A stretch of 64,000 nucleotides of DNA from Klebsormidium nitens (taxonomy: Eukaryota > Plantae > Klebsormidiophyceae), in assembly GCA_000708835.1 (NCBI GenBank), contig DF236954.1:236052-300051 (forward strand). The letters are read 5' to 3'. How positions within the stretch are numbered: the first letter of the stretch is position 1; each line of letters opens with the position of its first letter. The notes under the pieces are model-generated. The model worked only from the letters and a program-made list of their open reading frames with translations. It made no database searches and was not told where the DNA came from. Shown in pieces: positions 24,201 through 36,524 of the stretch. The position numbers were made by a program, and so were the translations under genes.

Positions 24201-25077
24201 GCGGGGGGTGAATGCGCTCGCTCTGCTTGCGGGAATGCAAGTTTCTTCTGGACCTACTTTCTTTTGAGGAGGGCCCACGATAAGCTCTGGCTAAGCTAAG
24301 GGAAGCTCACTGGCGTACAAGAATGCAGACAAGAATGCAAGAAACCTCTCCTGACAATGTGGACAAACGTTGAGCCGGGCATATGCGATGGCAGTCACGA
24401 ACTGGCAATCAAGGTCTCTATTCTTCTTTGATTGAAATGATACAGAGACTTAGCAATTGGGTGACATCCGGCATTGAAGGATTCTCCGAAGGACCAGCAC
24501 GTCGTTGCTTCTTAAGAAACGAACCAAAATGCTGTCCGTGAGTGACTCTGTCGGTACGTACCGAATCACAAACGGTAAATTCCTCTTCTTACGTCGACCA
24601 GACCACTTTCTTCGCCGGGGTCTGCTTTGCTGATGGAGAGATTCCTTAGCCTGGTTTGAAACTGGAGCTGCACATTTCAAAAGGACTCTTCGTTCAAGAC
24701 ATGCAAGAAGATCAACGGACGGACTCTTAGCGCTTCGGTGCGCGCGCACCATTTCGTACCACGCCGAAACGACCCGCGCATGCTCGGCTCCAATCTGCAT
24801 TGGCACTACAGAAATCGGGCAACCCCTCGCCGCGGAGACGAAAACCCAAGGTCAGGGTTTCTGACTGACGGAGTGCGCGGTTCAGCGCGCCCGCGTACAC
24901 AGTGCACAATCATGCACCAGACGCAATTGTGATTGCTGTCCATATGCAGGCGCCAAGCTGCAAACTGAGTCGGTACTGGAACGCGGGCGCGCAGACAGGC
25001 CAACAAAGGACGGGTTGGCAGAAGCATGCCAATCTGGGCCACTGAGATCGGATCAGTTACCACAGTGCTCTAGCTGC

Positions 25078-25097
25078 NNNNNNNNNNNNNNNNNNNN
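25078..25097. other. Assembly gap (N run)
   Basis: 20 Ns in the sequence. Confidence 1.
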
Positions 25098-26458
25098 GCT
25101 CATGAGACAAGGTCTGAATGTAGTCTCGAGTCCTAAACGCCTCTCTAACAAAGCTAGCAACCCTCTAAACCCTCAAAGCTCGTACGTGGGCTTCTAATTG
25201 AATATTCGAAATGAGGGCGGTATGCCGGCTTCTAGCTGCTGCAATGATAGGGTATGTTGCTGATTTGTGAAAATAGTGATCACACGGATACAGCCGCTGG
25301 ATCCGCAAGAGCGCGTACCGCCGCGCACGCTGCGTGGGGCGCGCCTAATTACCCAGCGAACCCAGCCATGGCCCAGGCTGCGCATGGGGCCATGGCAAAA
25401 CAGAAGTCGCGAGAGTGAACCTCGTCGCAAAGCTCGTCATCTCACGTACTAGCCGATGTACGCGTCTCTTAAGTGCACTGAACCGTCCGTCCACTTTAAA
25501 GACCTAGCCTAGAAATGTGGATACCGCATTTTTAGCTCGGTTTTTTCGTTAGGAAAACGAGCTGGTGCTTTTACCCTGGCGGTTTTGAAATGCGGCAAAG
25601 TGGCGCTCCAGACTGGATCACCCTATTAAGCGCGATTTATCCATCGAAGGCCACTTTTGGCCGCTTTTAGGTTTGAAAATGCTGGACCGGGTTTTTCGAC
25701 GGCTTTCTGGGTTCGATGCCCCGAAAATCTTTTTTGTAGGGGCCCCCATTCACACCACAAACGACAAGGACGAGTCCAAACTAACACTGACGATGGTACA
25801 CGTGGAGTGCCGCTATTGCTACCCGCAGCCTACCGTGCCGTCATTGAAGGCCCGCGTATTGCTCGCGTGCAAACAAAGCAGTGTCGCACCGAATTGGAAG
25901 TGCGGTGCCACGGCCGGCTGTATATGTCGATCAAGATGCAGTCGTAAACGTATAAAGAAAATCATAAGCTATTCAAGTATTTGACAAACCTGTATCTCAC
26001 TTATATAGCATAATCCCATTGAAGTGTGAATAAATGAAAAACGGGAACCTATGCGGCATGGCGATTCCCCTGTACCCTGCCAAACCGAGCATTCACACCG
26101 CACCGCGGTTTAGCATTTTTTGGCATATGGTGTGGCTTGCCGAGCCGCCAGTCATCATGCATGTGAACTCGGAAGGCGATAAAATTGTGGCCGCGCCCCA
26201 GCAAGTATCATTGACCGTCCGAAGGAACTCGCCGTAAGAACGCGTGTCATATGCCGTGATCACCACATGATATGGCTCATGAGTCATACGGCCTCATTTT
26301 ACTGCCATGATCTCAAAAGCAAATCTGCGAGTCCAAGGGGGCTCGCGATCTAGCTTCAGTTTGCTTATGCCACCTGTAACATGGGCTCTTCTCGTATCGA
26401 CGGATATTGGTACAGGAAAGTGACAACGGTCAGAGTCCCAGCAGAGAATGAACCTAAG

Positions 26459-29400
26459 CTATCTGAAGCGGAAGCGTCGCAAGTACGCCCAAGCGGCAAC
26501 CCCAACCGCGGCACCGCCCAGGTGACCGGAGTAGCCGACTCGACTCGCATAGTCCTGCACGTTGTGGGGCATTGTGACGTCAGAGAGATGTGATGAAGGA
26601 AACACGCGACTCCGAAGGGGACGTATCTTTACTTCCTCAAAGTTCCGTCAGTTGGGTCTGTGAAACAAAGCGCAACGCTACTCAAAATACCGTTTCGCGA
26701 CTTACATAACAGTTGACCGCATTTGACAGAGTCTACTCACATGCGGAACGCGTAGAAAGAGCCGCACAAACGCGTGCGCTGGCCCAGATCCAAGTCGGCG
26801 GTTCGAACTAGAGAAGAGATGAACCCGTCAAGAGTAGGTGGAGAGCAACTCACTCGTCCGATGGCGCCCGAAAGGTCCGAATAGATGACTAGCGCCCCCT
26901 GCACGATGTACGAGAACGGTCACCTCAGCTGCGAAACCTTGGTTTGGTGAGTATGACAACAACATTCCGGGAGAATCTGGTACTTCGGGTCGTGATTCAC
27001 GGTAACGTCAGCTCGGCGGCTTGGATAACACTTTGTTGAGAAAGCTCACAAGCTGGGAAGGATGAAAGGTGGCGGCATGACCGGGTCAGGCAGTTGCTCC
27101 TGAACTCGCTAAAGGATGTGAAGCGCAAAGAAACGGACAGGAGTCCGTTTTCCGGGATTCCTCGTCAACCTACGAAATGAAGAGATATCCCACCTCACGA
27201 GCTCAGTTCGGCCCATACGTGTGGTTGCGATACGAGCCAATTATGGCTGATCAGCGGGTAGTCGGAGCTGGAAGTGGGTTATCACTCGATAGTACGAGGT
27301 TCCAAGTAACAAAAAGAAGTAACTGGAACAAAATGAAAAGAATCAGGTAGGGAACAACACCGTGAGGAGACAGACGAAGAAGGAGACGCAGATGGGGAGG
27401 CGGACTCACTAGGGCAATTGCGGGCACCGGGATGATCAAGTTCAGGTAGATGGTGCGGAACGGATCCGCCAGGATGCTGCAAATCAGAATTGCGTTTATG
27501 GACCCGCTGGCGCCTTGAGCCGGGCGCGTTTGGCGGGGGTCGTAGAAACGGCGACTGTAACCCTGCAAAAAGAGGAAAAGTCCAATGGTTCGAAGGAGGG
27601 TTTGGGGAAGGGTAAAAGTAGCCATCAATAATTGTACGTCCAAGGGGATAGCAGATAGCATACTGCCTGCTTTTGGCGGCTGTCGTAGAAACGCCGACTG
27701 TAGCCCTGGAAAATACAAGAATCGAAGTTTTTGATTTGAGGGAGGGTTCGGAGGGGGTAGAGGAGCCATCGGAGCCTTGGATTCGAGGGGAGGACATTAG
27801 ACGGAGCTCTTAAAAAGGTAACATCCCAGGGTACTAGATTGTTAGTAGGAGGTTTCGAGGAGAGATGAAGGGCCCGCAAGTTGTATGCTGGAGGGAATGA
27901 CGTTAGGAGGAGACAAAGGCAAACTAACCGCGGGGAAATCATGAAGCGGAGCAAGCGAGCTTTCGAGACGTGGTCAAAGATGAGCAAAGCACGGGTTGAT
28001 TAGATTGTCACAATTCAACTAAGAACGGCAGATTCGGAAAACAGTAGTAACCACGAATGAATAATAGAGGTCCAGTGCAGCCCCACAGAGCAGGTAACTT
28101 GGATATAAGATACAAATGCACGCAAACGCCGCACCTCTTTCCAAGGCACGTATGCAGTCCAGTAGAGGCAGTAGCTGGCTATGCAGCCGAGGCCGCCCGC
28201 CAGGTATAGCCCCAACAGCGCTTGGCCGCCATACCGGTACCCGATCTGAAACACAGCAACTGTATGTCAGACTGAGCGTTACACACGCAGCAACGCTTGG
28301 CCGCCGTATCGGTACCCAATCCGAAACGCAACGACTGTTTGTCAGACTGAGCGTTTCACACGCAACAGCGTGACCAGGCGAAAGGTGCACATAGAATCTG
28401 GTAAAACCGAAGTACTCCCATCCTGAGAAGATGCACTTCAGAAGGACGCCATATCCGGGGGCGCAAGTCTGGCTAGATTGACTTGGCTTGGAGGGCCGGA
28501 AGGCAACAGATTGCTCGATAGGGCACAGAATAAGATCCGCAGAAGGCATGTGGGCGCGGAGGAGAAAGTACGAGCAATGTTGACGGAGTTAACATATGAC
28601 TGTCAAACGAAGCGAGAAACCAGAAGCCGTTTCGAGGAACCATCCGCAAACAACGAAGAGGGGTGCAACCAAGACTCACGGACTGTCCGAAAAAGTAGAG
28701 CGAGATCATGTTGAGCGCCAGATGCTTGACATCCGAGTGGCTGAAGTTGGCGGTGATGGCTGTGTGCAGGCGCAGGCTTGCGATGGAGTCAACCGACGCC
28801 TGTGGAAAGCAAAGACTGGAACTTCAGTCTGCGCTTGAGTACAGTTCTAGCAATACAGACGATGCCTGTCTCTTGTAACATGGGCACAGGCCGCCAAGCA
28901 AGGGTTGGCTTCCATGGCTTGTGCCTCGATTTTCGCACATCGAGGCTTTGATTCAAAACAAGCAAGTCGATCGAATCTAAAAGGAGACCAAAGGAAAAGC
29001 AGGGAGACAGTGACTAAACAGCGCCTCATAAAGTCGTAGAGATTGCAGCGAAGCACGGCAAAGACTATGACACAGGAGGGAAGATAAAGAGGAACAAAGG
29101 GCGCTTGACCAGAACTCTTTCACATTCCTGGTCCTCACGGCATCGAAGTACTCGTTGGAAGGCTTGGTCTACTTTTGAAGCCATGGAGAGCTTTTCGATT
29201 CGGGTCTGCTTTCAAAAGAAGTCCTCACCAGAAAGTGCCGTTCCATGAATGGCTGTAAGTCTGGTACTTGCCAAAGCAACCAGACTGCAACATTGACTCC
29301 GATCAATCCATAGAGAACGGTGTTTGGATCTACGGCGCCGCGGTATGAGTAGCCCCGTTGATACCCTGTTCCCCTGTTCCAAAAAATAATGCTTCGTTCG

Positions 29401-30778
29401 GATGACATAGACTCCATCCCAAAATCCAGCGGCGATGCCCAATTCAGCTGGACATTTCCTGTGAAGGCATGCTAGAACAAGGTACTTGCTTGGTCGGCCT
29501 TTTCGACCCCCAGGACCTTCAAATTCGCAAAGCAGAACATGGATACTTCTTACTTTTCATCTGGTGAGATTCTAAAAGACATTACTTGGTAACAAGCATT
29601 AGAGTCGCTTTGCAGGCACGAATGGCATACATAACGCCCAATCTCCTTTTCTTATGCACGATGGGCAGGATGATTTGCAAGTTCATTCTCCTGCAACAGG
29701 TTTGAACAGTTGTTGCAGGGTCTTCTCTCGATTCAGGATTCAGGACAGGCATCAAAAGCTGCTCACAACACTTGACATGCACCAAACCCTGACATTTGCT
29801 GTGTTGCACTTACAGAGGAGATGGCTCGCTTAAAGATAAAGCGGAGCTTTGGTCAGACTACTACAGTGAATTGACTGGGGCAAGAATAACGCCAATGGAT
29901 CTACAAAATTCTGCTCTCTATTTGTAAGACTGACACAAAAGCATGCACACATCGTGACTTTTAGAGCTACAAAACAAGCCAAAGGTTCTGGATCCCGCGC
30001 AGACTAAGACTTGCTTTGGTACAAGTGCCTGTGATGCGAGAAAGTAGTCTGTGCCTTGTGCGGCAACAACTTCTATCAGATTTTCTTAGAGAAAGGTGGC
30101 TTTTCTTTCAGCTGAACTAAACAAATATAGGCAGAACTTTACGAGGGCACATTTGAAGTGTTGCACGTACCTTAGAACAGGTAATTGCTGCCTGATCCTT
30201 TGCAGTGACTCCTGAAAACCGTTTGCTCTGACTATCGAGTTTCCAAATGCCCTCAATCTGTGCAAAGCCTCGACACTCGCTCCAGTATGAAATGTCTGGA
30301 GCTTCAATGAGCTTGATCTTCCTAATGCTGCGACCTTGAGTGCAAGCTTTGTGTTTGCAGTTCCTAACAACGAAGACAAGCGAGGCGCTGCAACACGGTG
30401 CTGCCAAACATGGGCATAGCTTTTTGACTGCTCTAGAAAAGACTTTAGCTTATCTGCAGAGAACCTTGACGCCCCAAGCTTCGCCACACTCTGCTGAAAG
30501 TGAGATGCCTCAGCTTGCTGATACAACCAATGATTCCGACCACCATTGTGTAGAAAATGCTTTGGAATCCTGCTTAAACCACTTCTTGATCCACTTGCTG
30601 CATCTAGGTTTCCAATTTTGAAGCCACCACCCTTCAAAGGACTTGCTATCAAACCAGCAGTCTTAAGGGAACTGAGAGCATGCGGGCTCCGGTACGACCG
30701 GGAAGCAATCAGCGCGACTTGCATGAGTGATTGCTGCGCCTCCTGGATGGACCAGGGTTTTCCAAGGAGAAAGAGCAT
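26459..30778 (-). CDS. PARL: Rhomboid-like intramembrane serine protease, PARL/mitochondrial type
   Basis: Exons 30778-30171, 29373-29229, 28799-28680, 28245-28135, 27562-27410, 26898-26854, 26554-26459; phases are consistent, 425 aa. Motifs: VLYGLIGVNVAVWLLWQ, TAITANFSH....HLALNMISLYFFG, LLGLYLAGG, catalytic GASG, IIPVPAIALG, catalytic HLGGAAVG. The long basic Ser/Ala/Leu-rich N-terminus fits a presequence. The start codon is inferred. Confidence 0.92.
27640..27775 (-). repeat. Intronic echo (~143-bp period) of the rhomboid exon-5 acceptor and exon start
   Basis: ttttccag|GGCTACAGTCGGCGTTTCTACGACAGCCGCCAAA versus the used tttttgcag|GGTTACAGTCGCCGTTTCTACGACCCCCGCCAAA; the upstream gatggct...ccctcc tract is also duplicated. 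Confidence 0.85.
28294..28368 (-). repeat. 75-bp tandem duplicate of the rhomboid exon-4 acceptor and exon start
   Basis: Unit 28294-28368 versus 28219-28293; the acceptor CAG reads CGG in the upstream copy. Confidence 0.9.
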
Positions 30779-31444
30779 CGTTTCTCCAGAGTATGCTGAT
30801 TGACACCCTCGAGTATGATACAATTATGTTGGTTTGAGTGCCCGTTTACACTTTTCGAAACACATTAGGCTCGTTGCGATTTTAGTCGGCCCGGATGCTT
30901 GTAAAGAACAGCAGGCAGCTGAAAGCCCACTGAAAGCAGCCCATGCAGCGCCAGATTGTGAAGGGAACAATCCTAGAAAAGCGAAGGACGCATTGCTTCT
31001 TCTTTGCCTCAGGCTTCGGCAAAGTCCATCTCAACCGCGCGCCCGTGGCGCCTCTCGGCAACTCCCGCGCGGCCGCGGGTCGAAAAAACGCGCGGCCGGC
31101 CGCCGAGCTAAACCCCAGCGCGCGACACCCGCGTATAACAAATAGTGACTGGTCACGGTCACTCATGCGCAACAAATATGCCGTTTTCTTGAGCGGCGTG
31201 CGGCGGCGCGCGTCTACTTCGGACGGACATTCTGCAGCTGTGAACACTGGCAGCCACTTTCATGGGTCTTTGGACGTCAAGAATTGGGGATCGGCGTGTG
31301 ATCCATCGTTCACTGCAAACGTCCGGTTGCAATCATACAGTCAACGGTTGGACAAACTAAACCCTCAATCTCATGACGGCCACGCTCCATTCGTATGAGG
31401 CTGGCCGGGTATTCCGAAACTCAACTTGTTTCGAACCATCTCAT

Positions 31445-33110
31445 GATATGATCTTTGCCGTCATCATACAGGACTCGACGGCGCCTCTGCGCCTCCCTTT
31501 CATATGGTCATATCAGGGAACAAAAACGGCAGATTAATAGGAGAATGCTGGAGGATTGGGCTCCACCGCACAGCTTCGGAGTTTTCACTTACCCAAAAGT
31601 GGTGCTGAAACTATCAGAAGATGAACAAAGCGGTGACGGCCGAGGGCCCTCTGAATATCCAGATTTTTACGAAGAACGTTTTTTGAAGAGTCATCAGCCC
31701 TAGGCGTAGATTAGTGTCATTTCTCCTACGTCCGATAACGCTTTGGCTCTTAAAATGGCCGAGGCCGGCAAATGTCCCTCGGAACAAGACCCGACTATTA
31801 GTAGCGATGTGGGCACGTAGCCAAATACGAGGGCATTTCCCACAAGAACCGGTCTGATGCGGTTGCCGGTCACGTGCGGCCCCCTGAAATCTGGATATCC
31901 CTGGCTATGTCGGTTATCTGCGGACGCTGAGGGCGTCCGATTGACTGAGGAACCTCTCCAAGATGGCTTTTATTGCCAGAGCTGCCGTTCGCCATCGCCC
32001 AAGAATAAGTACGTTTCAGCAACCGCAGGAATTTCAGAGTATCCAATGCAACACGTGGCAAGTGAACAAAGGAGGATGGCGGTAGAGCCAGTCAAAACGT
32101 AGTTTTGGCTTTCTCAGGCACTAACGGAAATCGGAGAGCTGTCGGGTTCGCGAGGCTGGTTCGCATATCCCAGCTGAAGACAAGAATAATTCACTTCTTA
32201 AAAAGGGCTATAAGTCATACAGTTTCAAAGCTAAAAGACTGGGCGCTTGTGTGACCATTATATGGCGAGGAGCACGGAGTACGATTGCGTGAAGGGCCGA
32301 ATCGGCTTCGCCGCTCAAGCCCAATCTTGGACAATACTTACGCGATCCACCACACGATTCCGAGAACGTCGTTCTTGCACGTAACGATTGGTTTCGACAC
32401 TCTTTGTCCGTTGTGAGCCAAATTGAACATCAGCCTGGCCCCAGCCTGGCACCTCCACGCCGGAACTCCCAGTGCATCTATGCAGTGGCGTATCAATCGG
32501 TTGGATCTCGTTGGCAGCCCAGGTGCTGCCGGCCAGCCCCTGCCCACGTGGCTGGTCCCAGCGCGCAGCCGGCAAGGACACTGGTGGCGAGCAGGCGGAC
32601 CGCGCCAGCGGGCCCAGGCCCGCGCGCGCGCGCGAGTCGCGCAGCGGCCGCGTCAGTCGAGCCGCAAGCGCCGCGCTGAGCGAAAGTTAGACGCTGGCCG
32701 TCTGGGTCCGAGCGCGCCTTTGCTGGCCGACGCGCGCACAGATGCGCTGGGGCCAAGTTTCAACCAGACCATCAAAGGAAACAAACGTTGACAGAGTGGT
32801 TCAGGAGAAATGGAGAATCTACTACAACGGAGAGAATATGAAACTAAGTTTATCGAGAAGAAAAGTCAGAAATTCTTTGTAGAGCTCCAGGGGATAAGGG
32901 GGATCGATGGTCAAGAATTAATCGATTGGTGTGTATTGAAGTTCGAGCTGTTGATGGCACTTAAACGGACCATCAGCAGCCCAAGTTTGTTGCAGGTTTC
33001 GCCATAGGGTGGTCTCGGCAGGAACCTCAAGAGCAAAGTTGCGCGTCAGACGTGAGCATGATGTGAGAAAAGACTGCGTCCATTGCTGTAAGGGGTCGGA
33101 TTGCCAATTG
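31445..33110. repeat. Diverged direct repeat A, copy 1 (unknown family)
   Basis: Colinear similarity to 36525-38270, including an identical 25-mer tgcggacgctgagggcgtccgattg (31919 and 36988), atgcagtggcgtat, ctgcccacgtggctg, gagcgagtcgcgca and aaagttgcgcgtca. Confidence 0.8.
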
Positions 33111-36100
33111 TCCGGAGGTGACTATCGAAAGGACGAGCAACTGATAATTTGTCACACATTGCCTTTCCAAGCCTCTCTAGATATGTCGCTGAGAGTACCA
33201 AAACATTTTTCTGTTGGCGGAGCATCAGACAAGGCTCGTTCGTTGCAAGTTCACCGGAAACGACGGTACAAAGAGGAAGTCTGGAAGATCTCCACTTGGA
33301 AGTGCATTTCCCCGCAGCTCGGACGAGCCTTTATTCGCATAGCTTCAGCATCCCAGCACACCAGGTTATGAGGGTTGATCCTCACTGGTGGCTCTTTCTT
33401 CACGGCTCCGCTCAACTGGCTGAAGTGACAGAGTTTAAGAGGTTGAGAAATTTGTCGTGCAGAATCGCCCACGACGTGGAAGCGGCTGATCGAAAACGAA
33501 CGGGACTGGCTGCCCGATGATAACCTCGTACAAGTCTCGAGCCTCGAGCCTCGATGATTTCATCTGATCTTGGTAAGAATGATCCCCTTTCCAAAAACAT
33601 TCTGTGGCCAAAAGCTTAGGTTATTCGGTCGTTTATTCGGTCGTTCTAAAGATCAAAAATAAGAGAACGCCAAAGTTCGGCAGAGCACTTCGTTCGAGGC
33701 TGGGTTGCGAGGAGTTCTAATGTCTCGAAGTGAACCGGCCAGACTTCTAAGACGGGCTCTTCGTAGAGGAAATTTTATTCTTAAGGCAGTGGCTGCAGGC
33801 TCAATTGCGCATCCCGGATACATTTTCCTGTCCGCCTGGATCTAGAGTCACTTCCTGGATGGAAGGAAACAGTACTGAGCGCAATCAACCAACCATGGCC
33901 AGCCAAACAGACCCTGCGCTCAAGTGCAGAAGCGCCCGGGCCAAAGCTGTCTGTGGGGTTCCTCTATTGGGTGAGCTATTTTGGAAAGGCGTAACTTACA
34001 ACTGAAAGTAGCCGAGATGTTTGTGCCATTAAATTATGACGACATTACAAGCACTGCCCGGGGAAGAGAAAAAAAGCAAGGCCCGGGGAAGATAAGCGGT
34101 TCAGTGTAGGGCAACAAGAAACAGACAAATATGCCGGAAGACAAAGCGACTCTGCATCAGCATGTAATCGTAATGGAACATGTTCTGTCCATGGATGAAC
34201 GACGACATGTAGAATCAGTATGAAAATCTGCACTACGTCCTTAACGGAAGGTCGTGAAGGCTTCACTCGTCGCTACGGCTTACGTAAGGCTTCATTCCCA
34301 ACCGCTTCGAGCATGGCAGTTTTTTGTTTTGTAGCTTTGAGGACCAAGCCACAAACGCCGCAAAGAAAGGTCTCCATGCCAAAATGTCACTTAAAGGTCT
34401 GAGCGGGCTCGAGCCTCTTGCTCACTCTCGGAACCTTGCGACCGCCCACTTGTAAGGTCCACTCAAACCACGGGCACTCTACCAACTAAGAAAAGAGTGC
34501 GTCTTCCTCAAGCCTGGTTAGATTTTGATCTTACGATTGTCTGGCCTCTTCTGCCTCTCGAAAACCGGACCAGACCTTGGATGGGTCAGCTTGTCAACAC
34601 GTCGGATGCTTGTTATGCTGCTTCTGCATCCAGCTTGTCCTTGATGTCATCACACGATCGACTTCACCCATTAGGAGAAAAAATCATGTTTCGATTCCTG
34701 ATGTCAGCTGCGCAAACTAGAAAACGGAAAAATGTCAACAAGAAGTCCTCGTCATGATCAAGGACGAGTAAACGAGCCTCGATGAAGGGTCGGCAAAAAG
34801 TGAAAGTATATCTGACCCAAATCGTTGAAGTCTTTGTCCACTTTGCATCGAAGTTAGAGAAGATAGACGCCAGGATGCCAAAATAAGCGTTTACATATCT
34901 GGCTTCATTGTCGCCATGCCAAGGACTTGGCGTGAGAGTTGGTCCGGATCTCAGCATTCATGAATCACCGCCAGCAGATTTTGTTTGGTTTCATGAGAAG
35001 CAGGAAACACGCCCGCCCATTTATGGTCTGAACTCGATAACAAGTTGCAGATTGCAATCAGCACCACGCCAGGCCGGCTCATGGGACAATTCATACGTCG
35101 ACAGTCTTGCCAACCGCAGCGCTGGGGCTTGCGACCGCTCATCAGTCACCACGGCTGGTCACTGGCACGGCTAAAAACAAATTTCACCGACAAACGCTCG
35201 TCTGTGCACCCTCCCAAGTAGCAAGAAGAAAGGGCTGGCAGCTAAAGCCCGAGCTTTGCACAGTAGGAGCACCTGTTCCAAAGCGAGGTCAGGTTGGCCG
35301 CGGCCGCCAAAGCCGGAAATTGAGTCCCTTCCCCGTTACTTACAACAGCCGCGCCGCGTTAAGACACCCCGCGCGGCCGCGTTTGAGGTCGGTGCGCGCA
35401 CCGGCGAGCTAGCGCCTAGGTGCGCCGCGCCTCATGTCGGCGAGTGCGGCCGCGTAAGTACTAGGGCGCAGCTTCAATCTAACGCATCTTTCTCATTGTT
35501 TGTCGTTTGTAGTCATAAATAATCTTTTGAAGAATGTCAGAGGCGGGCACGAAGGCGGCTGCGCGCTTATTCGCGGCGGCTTTGCACGGTCGCATGGGCG
35601 GGCGCTGAGCCCAATACGTTGGATTAACAGGAACTAAGCGCGAACGAGAGTAACGTGTAGTCTGGGTGGCAAAACGAATAGCCGCCCGGAGGAACGGCAA
35701 TCCAGGCGCCCGCCATGAGGAGTGACAATAGCCTCTAGCTTTGCAGAGCAGATCAAATTGAACACCTTGCGAGATCATTAAGAACCGTTTAGCTTTTACA
35801 AGTAGCTTCAACCAACTAGTTGGATGGCTAAGACATAACGAGCAACGAACTCCTTGAAAAGTTCAATATGCGCGCACGGTGTTTCTGAGCTCTACCATTG
35901 CGACTTGAGATTCGGATTTGTAGTTGATTAGTTCAGTTGATTGGAGTACGAACATGAGCAATCTTTCCAAAATCTACCAAAGCCAGCGTAGATCCCAGAG
36001 AATGTTTTGGGGAAATCAACCATGCAAATTAATCAAAGTATGTACACATCTTGGACCAATTCACTCTCGCCTAGCGTCAGCAGCATGCAGCCAGCATATC

Positions 36101-36524
36101 CCTGAGGTGACGTACGGTTCAGGTGGCCAGCGTTGTTTCGCGGCTTGCCAAGAAGTCAGGTGAGCTAAAGAAACGTAGAGCAGAATATACCAAAAGGGGC
36201 GACGATGAAATGACAAAAGCGGCCAACAGAGCGACAACGAGACCGGGCGCCCCGCGATGGATATTGTAGATTCGGGCGCCGCAGACGTAGCATGACCTGA
36301 TAAGAATCCGAGATCCTTTTCTCGGCGCCGCTGTGGAAAGGACGCACGTCCCAGGCCCCTTTTGCAATCACAGGATTCTGAAAAAAATACGGAGTACCCA
36401 GAGGGTCCGGAATGGCTTCAGAGCAGACAATCCGCTGCAGCAATATGCTCGAGCAAGGGTCGTGCAAGCTTTGGTTGAACTCTGACTGGCTTCGGGTCCG
36501 TAGAGCCAGCGCGCTTCATGAGAC

